A DNA stretch of 51,682 nucleotides. Source: a virus. Lineage: Duplodnaviria > Heunggongvirae > Uroviricota > Caudoviricetes. The notes under the pieces were generated by a model. That model was not told where the DNA came from, ran no database searches, and saw only the letters and a program-made list of their open reading frames with translations. The stretch is taken from IMG/VR virus record IMGVR_UViG_2651869781_000017, positions 1 to 51,682 of that record. The stretch is one strand, 5' to 3'. Each line of letters starts with the position of its first letter. Within the stretch, counting starts at the first letter, position 1. Shown here piece by piece: positions 39,050 to 48,511 of the stretch. Both the position numbers and the translations under genes were made by a program.

Positions 39050-41179
39050 ATGACAGATATCACCGCAAATGTTGTGGTAAGCATGCCTTCGCAACTCTTC
39101 ACTATGGCTCGTTCTTTTAAAGCCGTAGCTAATGGCAAAATTTATATCGGAAAAATTGACACTGACCCGGTAAATCCAGGAAACCAGATCCAGGTTTATG
39201 TGGAGAACGAAGATGGCTCTCATGTTCCTGTTTCGCAACCAATCATCATTAACGCTGCCGGATATCCGGTATATAACGGACAGATTGCCAAATTCGTTAC
39301 CGTGCAAGGCCATTCTATGGCTGTTTATGATGCATATGGTGCGCAGCAGTTTTATTTTCCTAATGTGTTGAAGTATGATCCTGATCAGTTTAGTTTGAAG
39401 CTATCCATGCCTGATGGGGCAGGTGAAATTGGATATCAATATAGAAATAATGTTACATCTTCTTACCGAAGAGTAAACGACAAGCTTGATGAGCATGTCA
39501 GTATTCTGGATTTTCATAGAAATGTTGATGGTGGGTTAATCCTTCCTGCACAGAATGTTGATAGTAGACCATTCTTTGAGCGAGCACTTGTATACATTGA
39601 ATCAATAGGCGGTGGCACTATTTATGTACCGGCTGGAAAATACTATTTAAATTCATACAGTGAAATAGGGATCATAGGCACTGTCTTTAATGCAATATTG
39701 CCACTTTGCGATAATGTTAAAATTTTATTGGATACAGCGGCAGAAATAGTTGTCGGTACTTTTTTTGATGACAAGCCTTTCCAGTTGTTTTTTGGTTCTT
39801 CGCCTTTGAAACCAAATCTTGTAGACGCTGTAAATAATGTTGTCATAGAAGGTGGTACAATTAGCTTTAGTGGTTATAGCAGTATGATGAGAACAGCACC
39901 ACTAAACAGAATTGCATTGCAGACAGGAAATATAGATAATCTTCGCATATCAAATGTTACCTTTCGTGATGGTGACTTAACAAACGCTTTAGCGATAGGA
40001 TACAAAAATCTAGGCAAATATGCAGTTGTTGAGAATTGCAACTTTATTGACCTTATTCAGAACGGAATGAATAACGATCATAGTAGTATCTACCTTAATG
40101 CGTCACACTCTACAATTAATAATTGCAACTTTATTTCCACGATAGATAAAGGAAGGAAGATCGCTTGTGCTGTTGAGTTGCATAAATCTTTCAATAGTTG
40201 GATTGGTGGTAATGTTGATGGCTATACACGTGGTGCTTTTATAAACGCTATTGATACTGAATCATCTCTTGTAGAAAACACCAGAATTGAATCAGTTACC
40301 GCTAGAATACTACACCAGTTTGTAGCGTACTCGTTCGGTTCTAATGGGGTTATAAGAAATAGTCTTGTTTCAGGAAATAATGTAACAACTCTTGCGAGAA
40401 GTTCATCCGATACAGATCCTTCAGAATTTGGACCTTGCAGTCTCTGCGGTTGGGTGTCATATGGTAGTTTTGCAAATGCAGAAGGCCTAAATATCGTAGT
40501 TGAAAATAATACATACATTGTTGATGAATCAGTACAAGATTCATATAGTTGCGTATTTTATGCAATCGCAAATGTTTCAGGTGTTACTGTTCGTAGAAAC
40601 AGTGTTGGAGCGAGAACTTTTTTCTACAACCCAACCCCATCACTAAATCTTTACAATTGCCATTTTTATGAAAACAGGTTTGAGGAATCGTATGTACAGA
40701 GCGGTTCAGAAAGATTTTTATATGATCTTAACTGTAATCGTATTTCTCAAAGCACTTTCGAAGCATTTGTTCCAATAAAAACAACTGCACTGACAGGAGT
40801 TATGAGGATTGACCCATCTACGCTCGGTCCGCAGAATCGTTTTGTTGTCGATACTCAGAATACAGATAATATTGAACACCCATTTATTACAAATTTGCCA
40901 GGTTTGCTCGGGCAGGATGGTACAACTTACTCATATCCGCAAAAATGCGATGTCAACATCGGAGTTGGTTCTACACCTGTCCTATCTGTGATAAGTCCGG
41001 AAATAAGCACTGTAGACAGAGGACAGATTCTTAACAACGCGAACCTTCCATCTGGTTATGTCGCTCCGTCGTCGTTAATGAAGTACGATTCTACGCTTAC
41101 AGGAGCTGGTGTCACAGTATCAGGGACGCCATCCGGTAATTATCATGACGTGAGGATTCTACTGATAAGAGAACGTTAG
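39050..41179 (+). CDS. tailspike protein (P22-type N-terminal head-binding domain plus distinct receptor-binding domain)
   Basis: N-terminal 110 aa [34 protein letters not shown]...VLKYDPDQ matches P22 gp9 head-binding domain; rest diverges. Confidence 0.88.
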   Translation: MTDITANVVVSMPSQLFTMARSFKAVANGKIYIGKIDTDPVNPGNQIQVYVENEDGSHVPVSQPIIINAAGYPVYNGQIAKFVTVQGHSMAVYDAYGAQQFYFPNVLKYDPDQFSLKLSMPDGAGEIGYQYRNNVTSSYRRVNDKLDEHVSILDFHRNVDGGLILPAQNVDSRPFFERALVYIESIGGGTIYVPAGKYYLNSYSEIGIIGTVFNAILPLCDNVKILLDTAAEIVVGTFFDDKPFQLFFGSSPLKPNLVDAVNNVVIEGGTISFSGYSSMMRTAPLNRIALQTGNIDNLRISNVTFRDGDLTNALAIGYKNLGKYAVVENCNFIDLIQNGMNNDHSSIYLNASHSTINNCNFISTIDKGRKIACAVELHKSFNSWIGGNVDGYTRGAFINAIDTESSLVENTRIESVTARILHQFVAYSFGSNGVIRNSLVSGNNVTTLARSSSDTDPSEFGPCSLCGWVSYGSFANAEGLNIVVENNTYIVDESVQDSYSCVFYAIANVSGVTVRRNSVGARTFFYNPTPSLNLYNCHFYENRFEESYVQSGSERFLYDLNCNRISQSTFEAFVPIKTTALTGVMRIDPSTLGPQNRFVVDTQNTDNIEHPFITNLPGLLGQDGTTYSYPQKCDVNIGVGSTPVLSVISPEISTVDRGQILNNANLPSGYVAPSSLMKYDSTLTGAGVTVSGTPSGNYHDVRILLIRER

Positions 41180-41392
41180 ATAGGTCTTGCGCAGGGACGC
41201 GCAAATCATTCGGGATTGCAAGGCTTTGTGCTCTTCTGTTGATGTGTGTCTACATGTTTGAAGATCGTTGTGCCGTATTTGTGACATACACATGACAACA
41301 TCATGCATCAACTTTCTGTTTGTGCCATCAACTATAGCTTAGTGAATGCGGTTAATGCTTGCTAAAACAGATAGTTATGATTGGTGCTACAT

Positions 41393-41439
41393 ATTCGTAA
41401 TGCGAAGGTCGGAGGTTCGACTCCTCTTATCGGCACCAT
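41393..41439 (+). repeat. attR: duplicated 3' 47 bp of thrW
   Basis: Exact copy of 1399-1445; lacks the tRNA 5' half so it is not a functional tRNA. Confidence 0.85.
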
Positions 41440-42263
41440 CAAGAAAATCAATAACTTAGCTTAACTTCTCTAAGAAATTGTATCTTCTGTTATCACTTAC
41501 AAACGCCTATACGTTGTTATGGGCTTTTGGTAGTTTAACACGTATGGGCGAGTAGTTCCCAGGCTCAACCTCGTAACAAGTTCCTTTGAAGCTGGAAGAC
41601 GTGCCACCGTCTCTAAACCTTCTACCAAAACTCTTAGCAAGATGTTCCACACCTGGCGCGGTGTCCAATGATGCTACACGTCGTGAGACGTTGCAGAGGA
41701 TAAACAGGCTAAATGATGGGAAGAGTTTTAAGTGCAATAGTGGATTAAAGCCCACCTCTTCAAAACCTAACTTGATCGGGAAAGAATCAAGCTCTAGCAC
41801 GGTTTCGTCCACCGGAGTACAACGGGTGCCTGATAAGAGAAGAACTGCTAAGACTTCATAGCTTTTGTGAAAAAGCCCTTTTTAGTGGATACGCCTACGG
41901 CGCTTATTTTTTGGTATAACCATCAAAGGCGCTTTATGGCTCCTATTGTCTTGAAAATGTATCTTTACTTGTATTGTGTTTTATGCGTAGTCTCCCTGTG
42001 TAGTATGTAACTTGTTAATTTTCATATGAATACAGAGGCACACGATGAAAAACATTGCAGCTATCAAACGTAATAACCGCAAGATTCACGCTCGTAAGTT
42101 CCTGTCTACGCCAGAGGGAAAAGCCTGGCTAGAGCGTAAACAGCGAGAGAACGAAGAAAGAAAACTCCTTAGTGAGTTGAAATGGCTTAAGGATTGAATC
42201 ACCAGTAGGCGCATAACACATCCAGCGATCAAAGATGTGTTTATGCGCCTGATAGTGAAATTA

Positions 42264-42422
42264 TTAAAGTTTTTTAGTTAATGTAGCCATTGCATGAACG
42301 ATGATCGCTAGTGAATCGATTTTATCTCGAGGGGTAAAATAGATGAGGTATATGATGGTAACAATTACAGCTAAAGTAATTGTGGTTCTGCAGGTTTTTA
42401 AAATGGATGAGATAAAGCGCAT
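42264..42422 (-). CDS. small hydrophobic protein (52 aa)
   Basis: ORF with G-rich RBS; single hydrophobic helix (TITLAVIVTIIYLIYF). Confidence 0.3.
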   Translation of the reverse strand: MRFISSILKTCRTTITLAVIVTIIYLIYFTPRDKIDSLAIIVHAMATLTKKL

Positions 42423-42748
42423 AGATACCCCCTATTGATTTAACAATAGCAAAGTATCATTTATTTTTTATTGCACGCAACATGCAAATTTTCACATATA
42501 ATAGTTTACTATTCACTTTGTATGGTGTCAACAAGATGATGTGTTGTTTTGTTTGATTTGTTCAAGATAATGTTTCATTTTCTCATCTATATAACTTGTG
42601 TTTTAGATAATTTCACTAATTGTAAAAGTTACGTATTGCTTAATAGCTACCTTTTTATCTGAAATCGGCGCAGACGTGATCAATGTTTAACGCGAAGATC
42701 AGCGGCGTCAGGTCCACGCAGCGACAATTCTCAAATATCAAGGAGGCA

Positions 42749-43288
42749 TTACGCCTCCTCTTCTTCCTTCTTGATACGTTGCACCGTTGAAGGAGCAACA
42801 TTAAAGCTCTCGGCGGTTTTACGCACTGACAGGCCATCAGAAAGGGCTTTCTTTATACCTTCTCGATCCACTGCTTTTCCATTACCACGTTTTGTAGGAT
42901 TGACGGCTTGCGCTTCTCGTTTACGTTCTAACATCAGTTCACGTTCACACGTTGCAACTGCCGACAACATCGTAAGCATCATCTTTCCCATCGCGCTTGT
43001 AATGTCTGCAATGATTCCTTCTTTGTGAAATCGAACAATTACACCTCGATTATTAAGTTGTTCAACTAAAGCAAGGATGTCTAAGGTGTTACGTCCTAAA
43101 CGGTCGAGAGAGTGCACGTGTAAGGTGTCGCCTTCTCTCAGATAGGCTAAACACGCTTGTAAGCCTGGGCGGTTAGTGTCTTTACCAGACAGCTTATCTT
43201 CAAAGACTTTATCGAGAGTTACTCCTGCAAGCTGGCGATCAGTGTTCTGATCTACAGTGCTCACACGCTTATAACCGATATTGCTCAT
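42749..43288 (-). CDS. small serine recombinase (resolvase/invertase family)
   Basis: 179 aa; catalytic N-terminus GYKRVSTVDQNTDRQ, LDRLGRN motif, C-terminal HTH. Confidence 0.85.
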   Translation of the reverse strand: MSNIGYKRVSTVDQNTDRQLAGVTLDKVFEDKLSGKDTNRPGLQACLAYLREGDTLHVHSLDRLGRNTLDILALVEQLNNRGVIVRFHKEGIIADITSAMGKMMLTMLSAVATCERELMLERKREAQAVNPTKRGNGKAVDREGIKKALSDGLSVRKTAESFNVAPSTVQRIKKEEEEA

Positions 43289-43940
43289 AAAATCCTCTTA
43301 ATGTGTCGATTTGGCACTACTTCAATGCAAATGAGTATACCGTATTCATTTGGTCTGTTTCAAGCCTTATGGGTACGGAATATTACACGATTTAGCTGTA
43401 TTCATTTGGTATGCCTAATGGATACACAGGGGGATAGATTAAATGTTGTTCTGTTTATACAGGTTTATTTGTTAGATCAACAATTTGGCATTTCTAAACA
43501 GATGTTTGAACGTTGCCAAATGTCTTGACAACACAAGAAAAGGGCTTGCTATGCCACGCATTACACGAAATAAGGCTATAAAAACAAAATAAATTTTAAA
43601 ATTTGCACAAACGAGAGAACTCATTCGACAAATAATAGATTAATTTTTAGCCAACAATTTATGATGGTGCTCTGTAAGCCGCACTACACAAGGATTTGCG
43701 AAAGTGATGTAAAAGTGAAGAAAGTGAGAATTGCCCTTTTAAGCTACTTTTTCATTGAATTTTTAGTATGGAATTACACAGGGAATAGAGAGCATTATTC
43801 TATGATTTACACAGGGAATATAGGGGGATTATGGCACACACATAGAAAGGCATTACACAGAGTGCTATGTGACAAATGGATGTAACGAGAGGTTACATTC
43901 AGCTATCTGAAATGCTCTCTGTAAGAAAGTTGGTAGTAAC

Positions 43941-44052
43941 GGTAGGTCACTGTGAACTAGGGGGGGTAGTTCACTATGAGCTAGGGGGGTAGTTCACTAT
44001 GAGCTAGGGGGTAGGTCACTGTGAACTAGGGGGTAGGTCACTGTGAACTACA
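43941..44052 (+). repeat. five tandem 22-24 bp iterons (GGTAGGTCACTGTGAACTAGGG family)
   Basis: Five direct repeats in two sequence variants, followed by an A/T-rich tract with a (TA)n run near 44100-44127. Confidence 0.8.
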
Positions 44053-45152
44053 ATAAGACTATTAATAAAACTATATTAGATTATTAATTAGATCATAATA
44101 ATAATATTCTTTATATCTATATATATATATATGATCTTTTGCCTTTCGGCGTTAGCTCCACTCTCTGGCAAGCAGCCTTACTCCGCTACCTTTCGGGCTA
44201 CGTTGGCTGGCCTCGTTCCGCTCACACCGAAAGCAAAGCGTTACTTTCTTCGTGTAACTATCGTTGGCGATAACGCCCACGAAGAAATACTATTGCGCTG
44301 TGCGCAGTAAGAGTAATCACCTAACCAATCATACTGATTGCTTACGTGTTAACTCTATCTCTCTACCTCGTAATTACCCTCCTACACTTAATAACTCTCG
44401 TTATTCTCTGTAGTTGTGTAATTACTCGAAGAGAGAGCGGCTAAAGCTCAATTACACTCTGCTTTCCTCGTGTAATTTCACTAAGCCTCAATACAATTCC
44501 ACTTCCTACATTCTGTAGTCGTGTAATTGTTTTCGGTGGAAAAGCCAGAGGCGACACCGAAAGAGAATTCTGATCTTATTAATCTTATCTATCTTAGTTA
44601 ATCTTCTTACTTACTTTATCTACTTTATTATTAATAATAGCTTTATAAGCTCTCTGTAGCTCTCTGACGCAAGAAACAGCATTCAGGAAGGGAATCACCT
44701 TAGAAAAGTGTTCTTTGCGTCATAATGTGTTTTATGAAGGATTCAGAGGTGTTTCATAACAGGAGTGTATAGAGGATACTTTAATTAATTAAAAATAAGG
44801 GGTCTAAATGCTTCTCTAACAGCATTAAGCAGGGTAGGGAATGGAAACGCATTGCCTACATATATAAGCTCACTACAGGGCTTTACAGAGCGTTTTATAA
44901 AGTGACTCTCTATCTTATATCTACCATTACCTTTTCATATACCTAACAAATACAAAATAAGCCCCTTAAATAAGCCTCTGGCGAGCTAAACAGCCATTAG
45001 ATAAGGGAATGTATTGCTTTTATCAAAATCTCGTTAGAACGCGTTTTAGAGCGTTTTAGCGGATAATGAAGAATAGCACTACACAGAAGAGCACGAATTG
45101 CTAAGAAAAAATGTAAGTGCATGAAAAAGATCAGATTTTTTGTGAAAAGGTA

Positions 45153-45181
45153 TTGACAAATGTTTCTTTATATGTAATAAT
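45153..45181 (+). promoter_or_regulatory. sigma70-like promoter (TTGACA, 17 bp, AATAAT) upstream of 45292 operon
   Basis: Consensus -35 with 17-bp spacer to an A/T -10 hexamer. Confidence 0.45.
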
Positions 45182-45291
45182 AGGTATTAGAGGGACAGAA
45201 AAACATTCTTCTCTAAATAATCAAAATCAATGCACTTTGAAGCCGTCAGGCTTGCAAGGTGTTTTTCTTTTAACTGAATAAGGAGTTTTTT

Positions 45292-45480
45292 ATGAAATGG
45301 TTTACACCGGAACACGTCGTCGCGGCATTTAAAAAAGGTGAGCTAACACGCCACCAAGTAGTAATGAATCGTAATATGGCAAGGAGTCGAGGTTATCCAG
45401 AGCGTGAAAAATGTTTCGATGCAGCACTAAAAATTATTGATGAACTAAGAAAAAATGAAAAAGAATCTGAAACAGAGTAA
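45292..45480 (+). CDS. hypothetical small protein (62 aa)
   Basis: ORF with AGGAG RBS. Confidence 0.4.
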   Translation: MKWFTPEHVVAAFKKGELTRHQVVMNRNMARSRGYPEREKCFDAALKIIDELRKNEKESETE

Positions 45481-45499
45481 AGAATAGAAGGAGAAAACT

Positions 45500-45667
45500 A
45501 TGAGCGAAACTAAGAAACCAATTCCGCGCACTTACCTACACGTTGACCCTGAAATCTTCAAGGTTTTATTTGCTGAAGCCAAGAAAAGGCAAATTATGGT
45601 CAGTGATTTGATGTTAGAAATCATTACTGAAGCAGCAGAGAACATCAAACAAAAAAAGGGTAAGTGA
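45500..45667 (+). CDS. putative ribbon-helix-helix DNA-binding protein (55 aa)
   Basis: Beta-strand then two helices pattern (RTYLHVDPEIFKVLFAEAKKRQIMVSDLMLEII); GGAG RBS. Confidence 0.4.
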   Translation: MSETKKPIPRTYLHVDPEIFKVLFAEAKKRQIMVSDLMLEIITEAAENIKQKKGK

Positions 45668-45718
45668 TCCTCATTCACTTTAGTAGCGCATTAAGCGTGA
45701 TTTATAAGGAGATTTTTA

Positions 45719-46411
45719 ATGATTAATCAACTAACTTTTACAAAACACTATGACACGTTTGATAATGTATCAAAGATTTATTCTGATAAATTCCCTCAAG
45801 GAAAAGATTTAGATCTATTACATATTGTGCTTTATTTTCGATTCCTTAGTTATCAGGAAAACAACCTTAATTGTTATGAAAGTCACGAAACATTAGCTAA
45901 GATTTTTAAGTCTTCAGCGTCAACAATTAAACGTAAGATAAACGATCTTAAAGAGATGGGATTATTAGAAACATCCCCACATCCTGATCCGTATATTTCA
46001 TCTTTGATTTACAATGCTCTCCCTCTCACAGATGCACATATTACTCCCCCAGGAGAATCATCACTCTCTGATCTTTCTGAGGCAGAAGAAGCACAGGAAC
46101 AACCTAAAGGCCATAAACAGCCTTCTTTTGATGTTCTTGATGATGATTGGGATACGCCTTTACCCTGGGAGACGGAAGAAACACCTGTTTCATCAAGTGA
46201 AAAGGTAGCTAATGATAATGAGGAGGATGTGTTAGAGAATTTTGCCTCTCTTATCATCCAGGAGAAGACTACAAGAACAGGAGGGGCATCATTTATTGAG
46301 TTTGCAAATTCACTAGCTTATAGACACGGGCTAAAACGACCAAATGGTATTGAGGCATATTTTTCTAAGCATTACCCAAATGTGTATGAAGACTTTGATA
46401 TTCCATTTTAA
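45719..46411 (+). CDS. hypothetical protein with N-terminal HTH and acidic linker (possible replication or regulatory protein)
   Basis: 230 aa; HTH-like segment (HETLAKIFKSSASTIKRKINDLKEMGLL); AGGAG RBS. Confidence 0.4.
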   Translation: MINQLTFTKHYDTFDNVSKIYSDKFPQGKDLDLLHIVLYFRFLSYQENNLNCYESHETLAKIFKSSASTIKRKINDLKEMGLLETSPHPDPYISSLIYNALPLTDAHITPPGESSLSDLSEAEEAQEQPKGHKQPSFDVLDDDWDTPLPWETEETPVSSSEKVANDNEEDVLENFASLIIQEKTTRTGGASFIEFANSLAYRHGLKRPNGIEAYFSKHYPNVYEDFDIPF

Positions 46412-46422
46412 TAAGGAGGGTT

Positions 46423-46701
46423 ATGATTCAATATTTAGTAAAAAATCAAGTAGACAGAATTCAGTGTAATGACACAGGAAAACGCATCTACGAAACACTT
46501 GCTTACCTCTATAAAGGAAAGCCAACACCGCTAAAATATAGCGATGTGTTACACCGAGCAGGGTGCTCTGAAGATGGTTTAAAATTCTGGCTGAAACAGC
46601 TATCAAATTTCGGTGTTATAGAGATTAAAGAATTATCTTTCTCTACATTCAATCTCAAAAGACTGGATAAAGAAATAGTATTCATCTATTCCACTCTCTA
46701 A
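46423..46701 (+). CDS. hypothetical protein (92 aa), possible winged-helix
   Basis: ORF with GGAGGG RBS. Confidence 0.35.
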   Translation: MIQYLVKNQVDRIQCNDTGKRIYETLAYLYKGKPTPLKYSDVLHRAGCSEDGLKFWLKQLSNFGVIEIKELSFSTFNLKRLDKEIVFIYSTL

Positions 46702-46833
46702 AATCTCTCTATGTAATTAAAATATAAAAGGAAAACATTATTATGATAGTAGCTATGTATTGGTTATTGTTCTTTCTCACGTTAGAAACATATTTCGGGG
46801 TGTTTTCCTTTAAAAGAAAAGGAAAAGTAAATA

Positions 46834-47241
46834 ATGGCAAAAAGAAAAAACAACGTTGTTAAGAAAATCGGTGATTCAGCTTCTCTTCTAAGTAAACCTA
46901 AATCTATTCTAAGACGTAAAGACTTTAAAGAGCTAGTTACGCTCTCCAAGCAAAATAGCGCCCCTGGCGAATGGAAAACAGAGATCATAGAACATTCTCC
47001 CTCTGTGCCTTGTGGAGATGAATTTAACGCCTTACAAGAAATCTTATCTTCAACACCTGGCGTATTCTGGAAACCTAGAAAAAGAAAAGAGTATATTGTT
47101 GATAGCTCTGATTTACGCAAATACCAGATTTTAGGATTTGAAGACTATAACCACTACGTTGGTTATCTCGCCACCAATGGCCTAAATAATTTAGTTCCTG
47201 AATTCCATTTAGATAATGATGATCACTATGGAGACTTTTAA
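46834..47241 (+). CDS. hypothetical basic protein (135 aa)
   Basis: ORF with AAGGAAAAG RBS. Confidence 0.35.
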   Translation: MAKRKNNVVKKIGDSASLLSKPKSILRRKDFKELVTLSKQNSAPGEWKTEIIEHSPSVPCGDEFNALQEILSSTPGVFWKPRKRKEYIVDSSDLRKYQILGFEDYNHYVGYLATNGLNNLVPEFHLDNDDHYGDF

Positions 47242-47242
47242 T

Positions 47243-47578
47243 ATGAACAAAAACACGTATGACACAATTTATTCACTAATTAATTATTATGAGGATGATT
47301 ACCTCCTGCCTTTAAACCGTGCTGAACTTGAAGCACACAAAAACTCCACGCCAGCGGCACTAAATGAGGCGTTTAAACACTGGGATTTAGCTGTGAATGC
47401 CTTTGAGATGCTCTGTAAGCGTGTAGAGATGCTCTGTAAGCGTGAAAACGCATACCTGACAGCCGATCAGATATGGGAGCTATCAAACTGGATAGAAGAT
47501 ATTGAATCTGATGTTCGCTATGTGGGAGATGGCCTTATCGAACTCGCTCAACGCTTAGCTGTTATCACAGAAGAATAA
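47243..47578 (+). CDS. hypothetical protein (111 aa) containing a 21-bp tandem duplication
   Basis: ORF contains in-frame direct repeat GAGATGCTCTGTAAGCGTG x2 (EMLCKRVEMLCKRE). Confidence 0.35.
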   Translation: MNKNTYDTIYSLINYYEDDYLLPLNRAELEAHKNSTPAALNEAFKHWDLAVNAFEMLCKRVEMLCKRENAYLTADQIWELSNWIEDIESDVRYVGDGLIELAQRLAVITEE

Positions 47579-47607
47579 AAAAAGCAACAAAAAAGTTGTA
47601 AAATATC

Positions 47608-47636
47608 TTGACATTTCATCTATTGTATGTTAATAT
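47608..47636 (+). promoter_or_regulatory. near-consensus sigma70 promoter (TTGACA, 17 bp, TAATAT)
   Basis: Exact -35 consensus, 17-bp spacer, strong -10; upstream of 47922-49540 gene block. Confidence 0.55.
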
Positions 47637-47921
47637 AATTATATAGGGTGATTATTTTTCCTTTATTGGTTCGATATTAAAAATTCTTCTTGTCGTTAAA
47701 GGGGAGTAAAATCTCCGCTCCCCGCTTCTCCTCCTCCTTAAGTGTCATTATTACCTCTTTTTTCCTTTGTTATGCATACATCTTGGAGTATGCATAACAT
47801 AGGGTAATTACATAGGTACAAGTTAATAAAAGGCGGCTCTAAATGCTGCCTTTTATTTTGCCCGTTATACAACTTAAAAGTTGTATTTCTTACTTTAAAC
47901 AAGGTAACAAGGTTTATATAA

Positions 47922-48134
47922 ATGTTGTTCTTAAATGATAAAGAGCAAATCATCAAGTATCGCGATGAAATGCTAAAGATCAATCCACAAATTACCGAAA
48001 TGGTAGCTAAATACGCTGGGTGTTCTGTCGAGGAAGTAGAAAGATGTGTTGAAAAATATTTTTCTCCTTCTTCTCCGTCTACACCTTCCCTTAATGAATT
48101 AATCAAATTAAAAGCTAAGGAGATTACTAAATGA
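47922..48134 (+). CDS. hypothetical protein (70 aa)
   Basis: ORF; stop overlaps next gene start. Confidence 0.35.
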   Translation: MLFLNDKEQIIKYRDEMLKINPQITEMVAKYAGCSVEEVERCVEKYFSPSSPSTPSLNELIKLKAKEITK

Positions 48135-48493
48135 TTATTGATTTAGACACTCTGTTTCCAGTTCGAAAGACTTTCACAGATATTGTAAGTTATTGTACTG
48201 ATCCGTTTGCCTCTGTAGAAAACAAGGTTTTTGCTTCTCTTCCTGCTGATGTTGAATGCGGAGACTTGATCACCAGCACTGGCGCTAAATATGTATCAGG
48301 AGATGATATCTATGTTGTTATGAGTGAATTTGTAACGGCTGGAGACAACAAGCCTGTAGATGTGCTACGTAGCAATGCTGGTCTTGTCTGCATCAAAGCT
48401 GATGCGCTGAATGCTGTAAGTGAAGCAGCAAAAACAGCATTAATTAAAAAAGGCTTCCAGCTTGAAGGCTTCCACTCTGTTTTCACTTCTTAA
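48131..48493 (+). CDS. hypothetical protein (120 aa), possible virion accessory or decoration protein
   Basis: ORF immediately upstream of capsid-like gene. Confidence 0.3.
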   Translation: MIIDLDTLFPVRKTFTDIVSYCTDPFASVENKVFASLPADVECGDLITSTGAKYVSGDDIYVVMSEFVTAGDNKPVDVLRSNAGLVCIKADALNAVSEAAKTALIKKGFQLEGFHSVFTS

Positions 48494-48511
48494 TAAAAGG
48501 AATAATAATAA

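Larger units (their letters stand above)
1399..41439. mobile_element. P22-like mosaic lambdoid prophage integrated in thrW (about 40 kb, apparently intact)
   Basis: Bounded by 47-bp direct repeats; integrase next to tRNA; complete immunity, replication, lysis, packaging, virion and tailspike gene sets in canonical order. Confidence 0.88.

Noticed and set aside
41180-41392. Expected gtrABC O-antigen conversion operon between tailspike and attR
   Set aside because: Only about 210 bp of non-coding DNA with a weak hairpin is present; no ORFs.
41393-41439. Possible second tRNA gene near the tailspike
   Set aside because: Only the 3' 47 nt of tRNA-Thr is present (no acceptor 5' strand, D-arm or anticodon arm context); it is the attR copy generated by integration.
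41507-41861. Overlapping ORFs on both strands (101 aa minus, 91 aa plus) just outside attR
   Set aside because: Mutually exclusive overlapping frames, no RBS and no recognisable motifs; probably non-coding or a decayed remnant.
47738-48106. 122-aa minus-strand ORF spanning the promoter/palindrome region and the start of the 47922 gene
   Set aside because: Overlaps a regulatory region and a plus-strand gene with better context; low-complexity translation.
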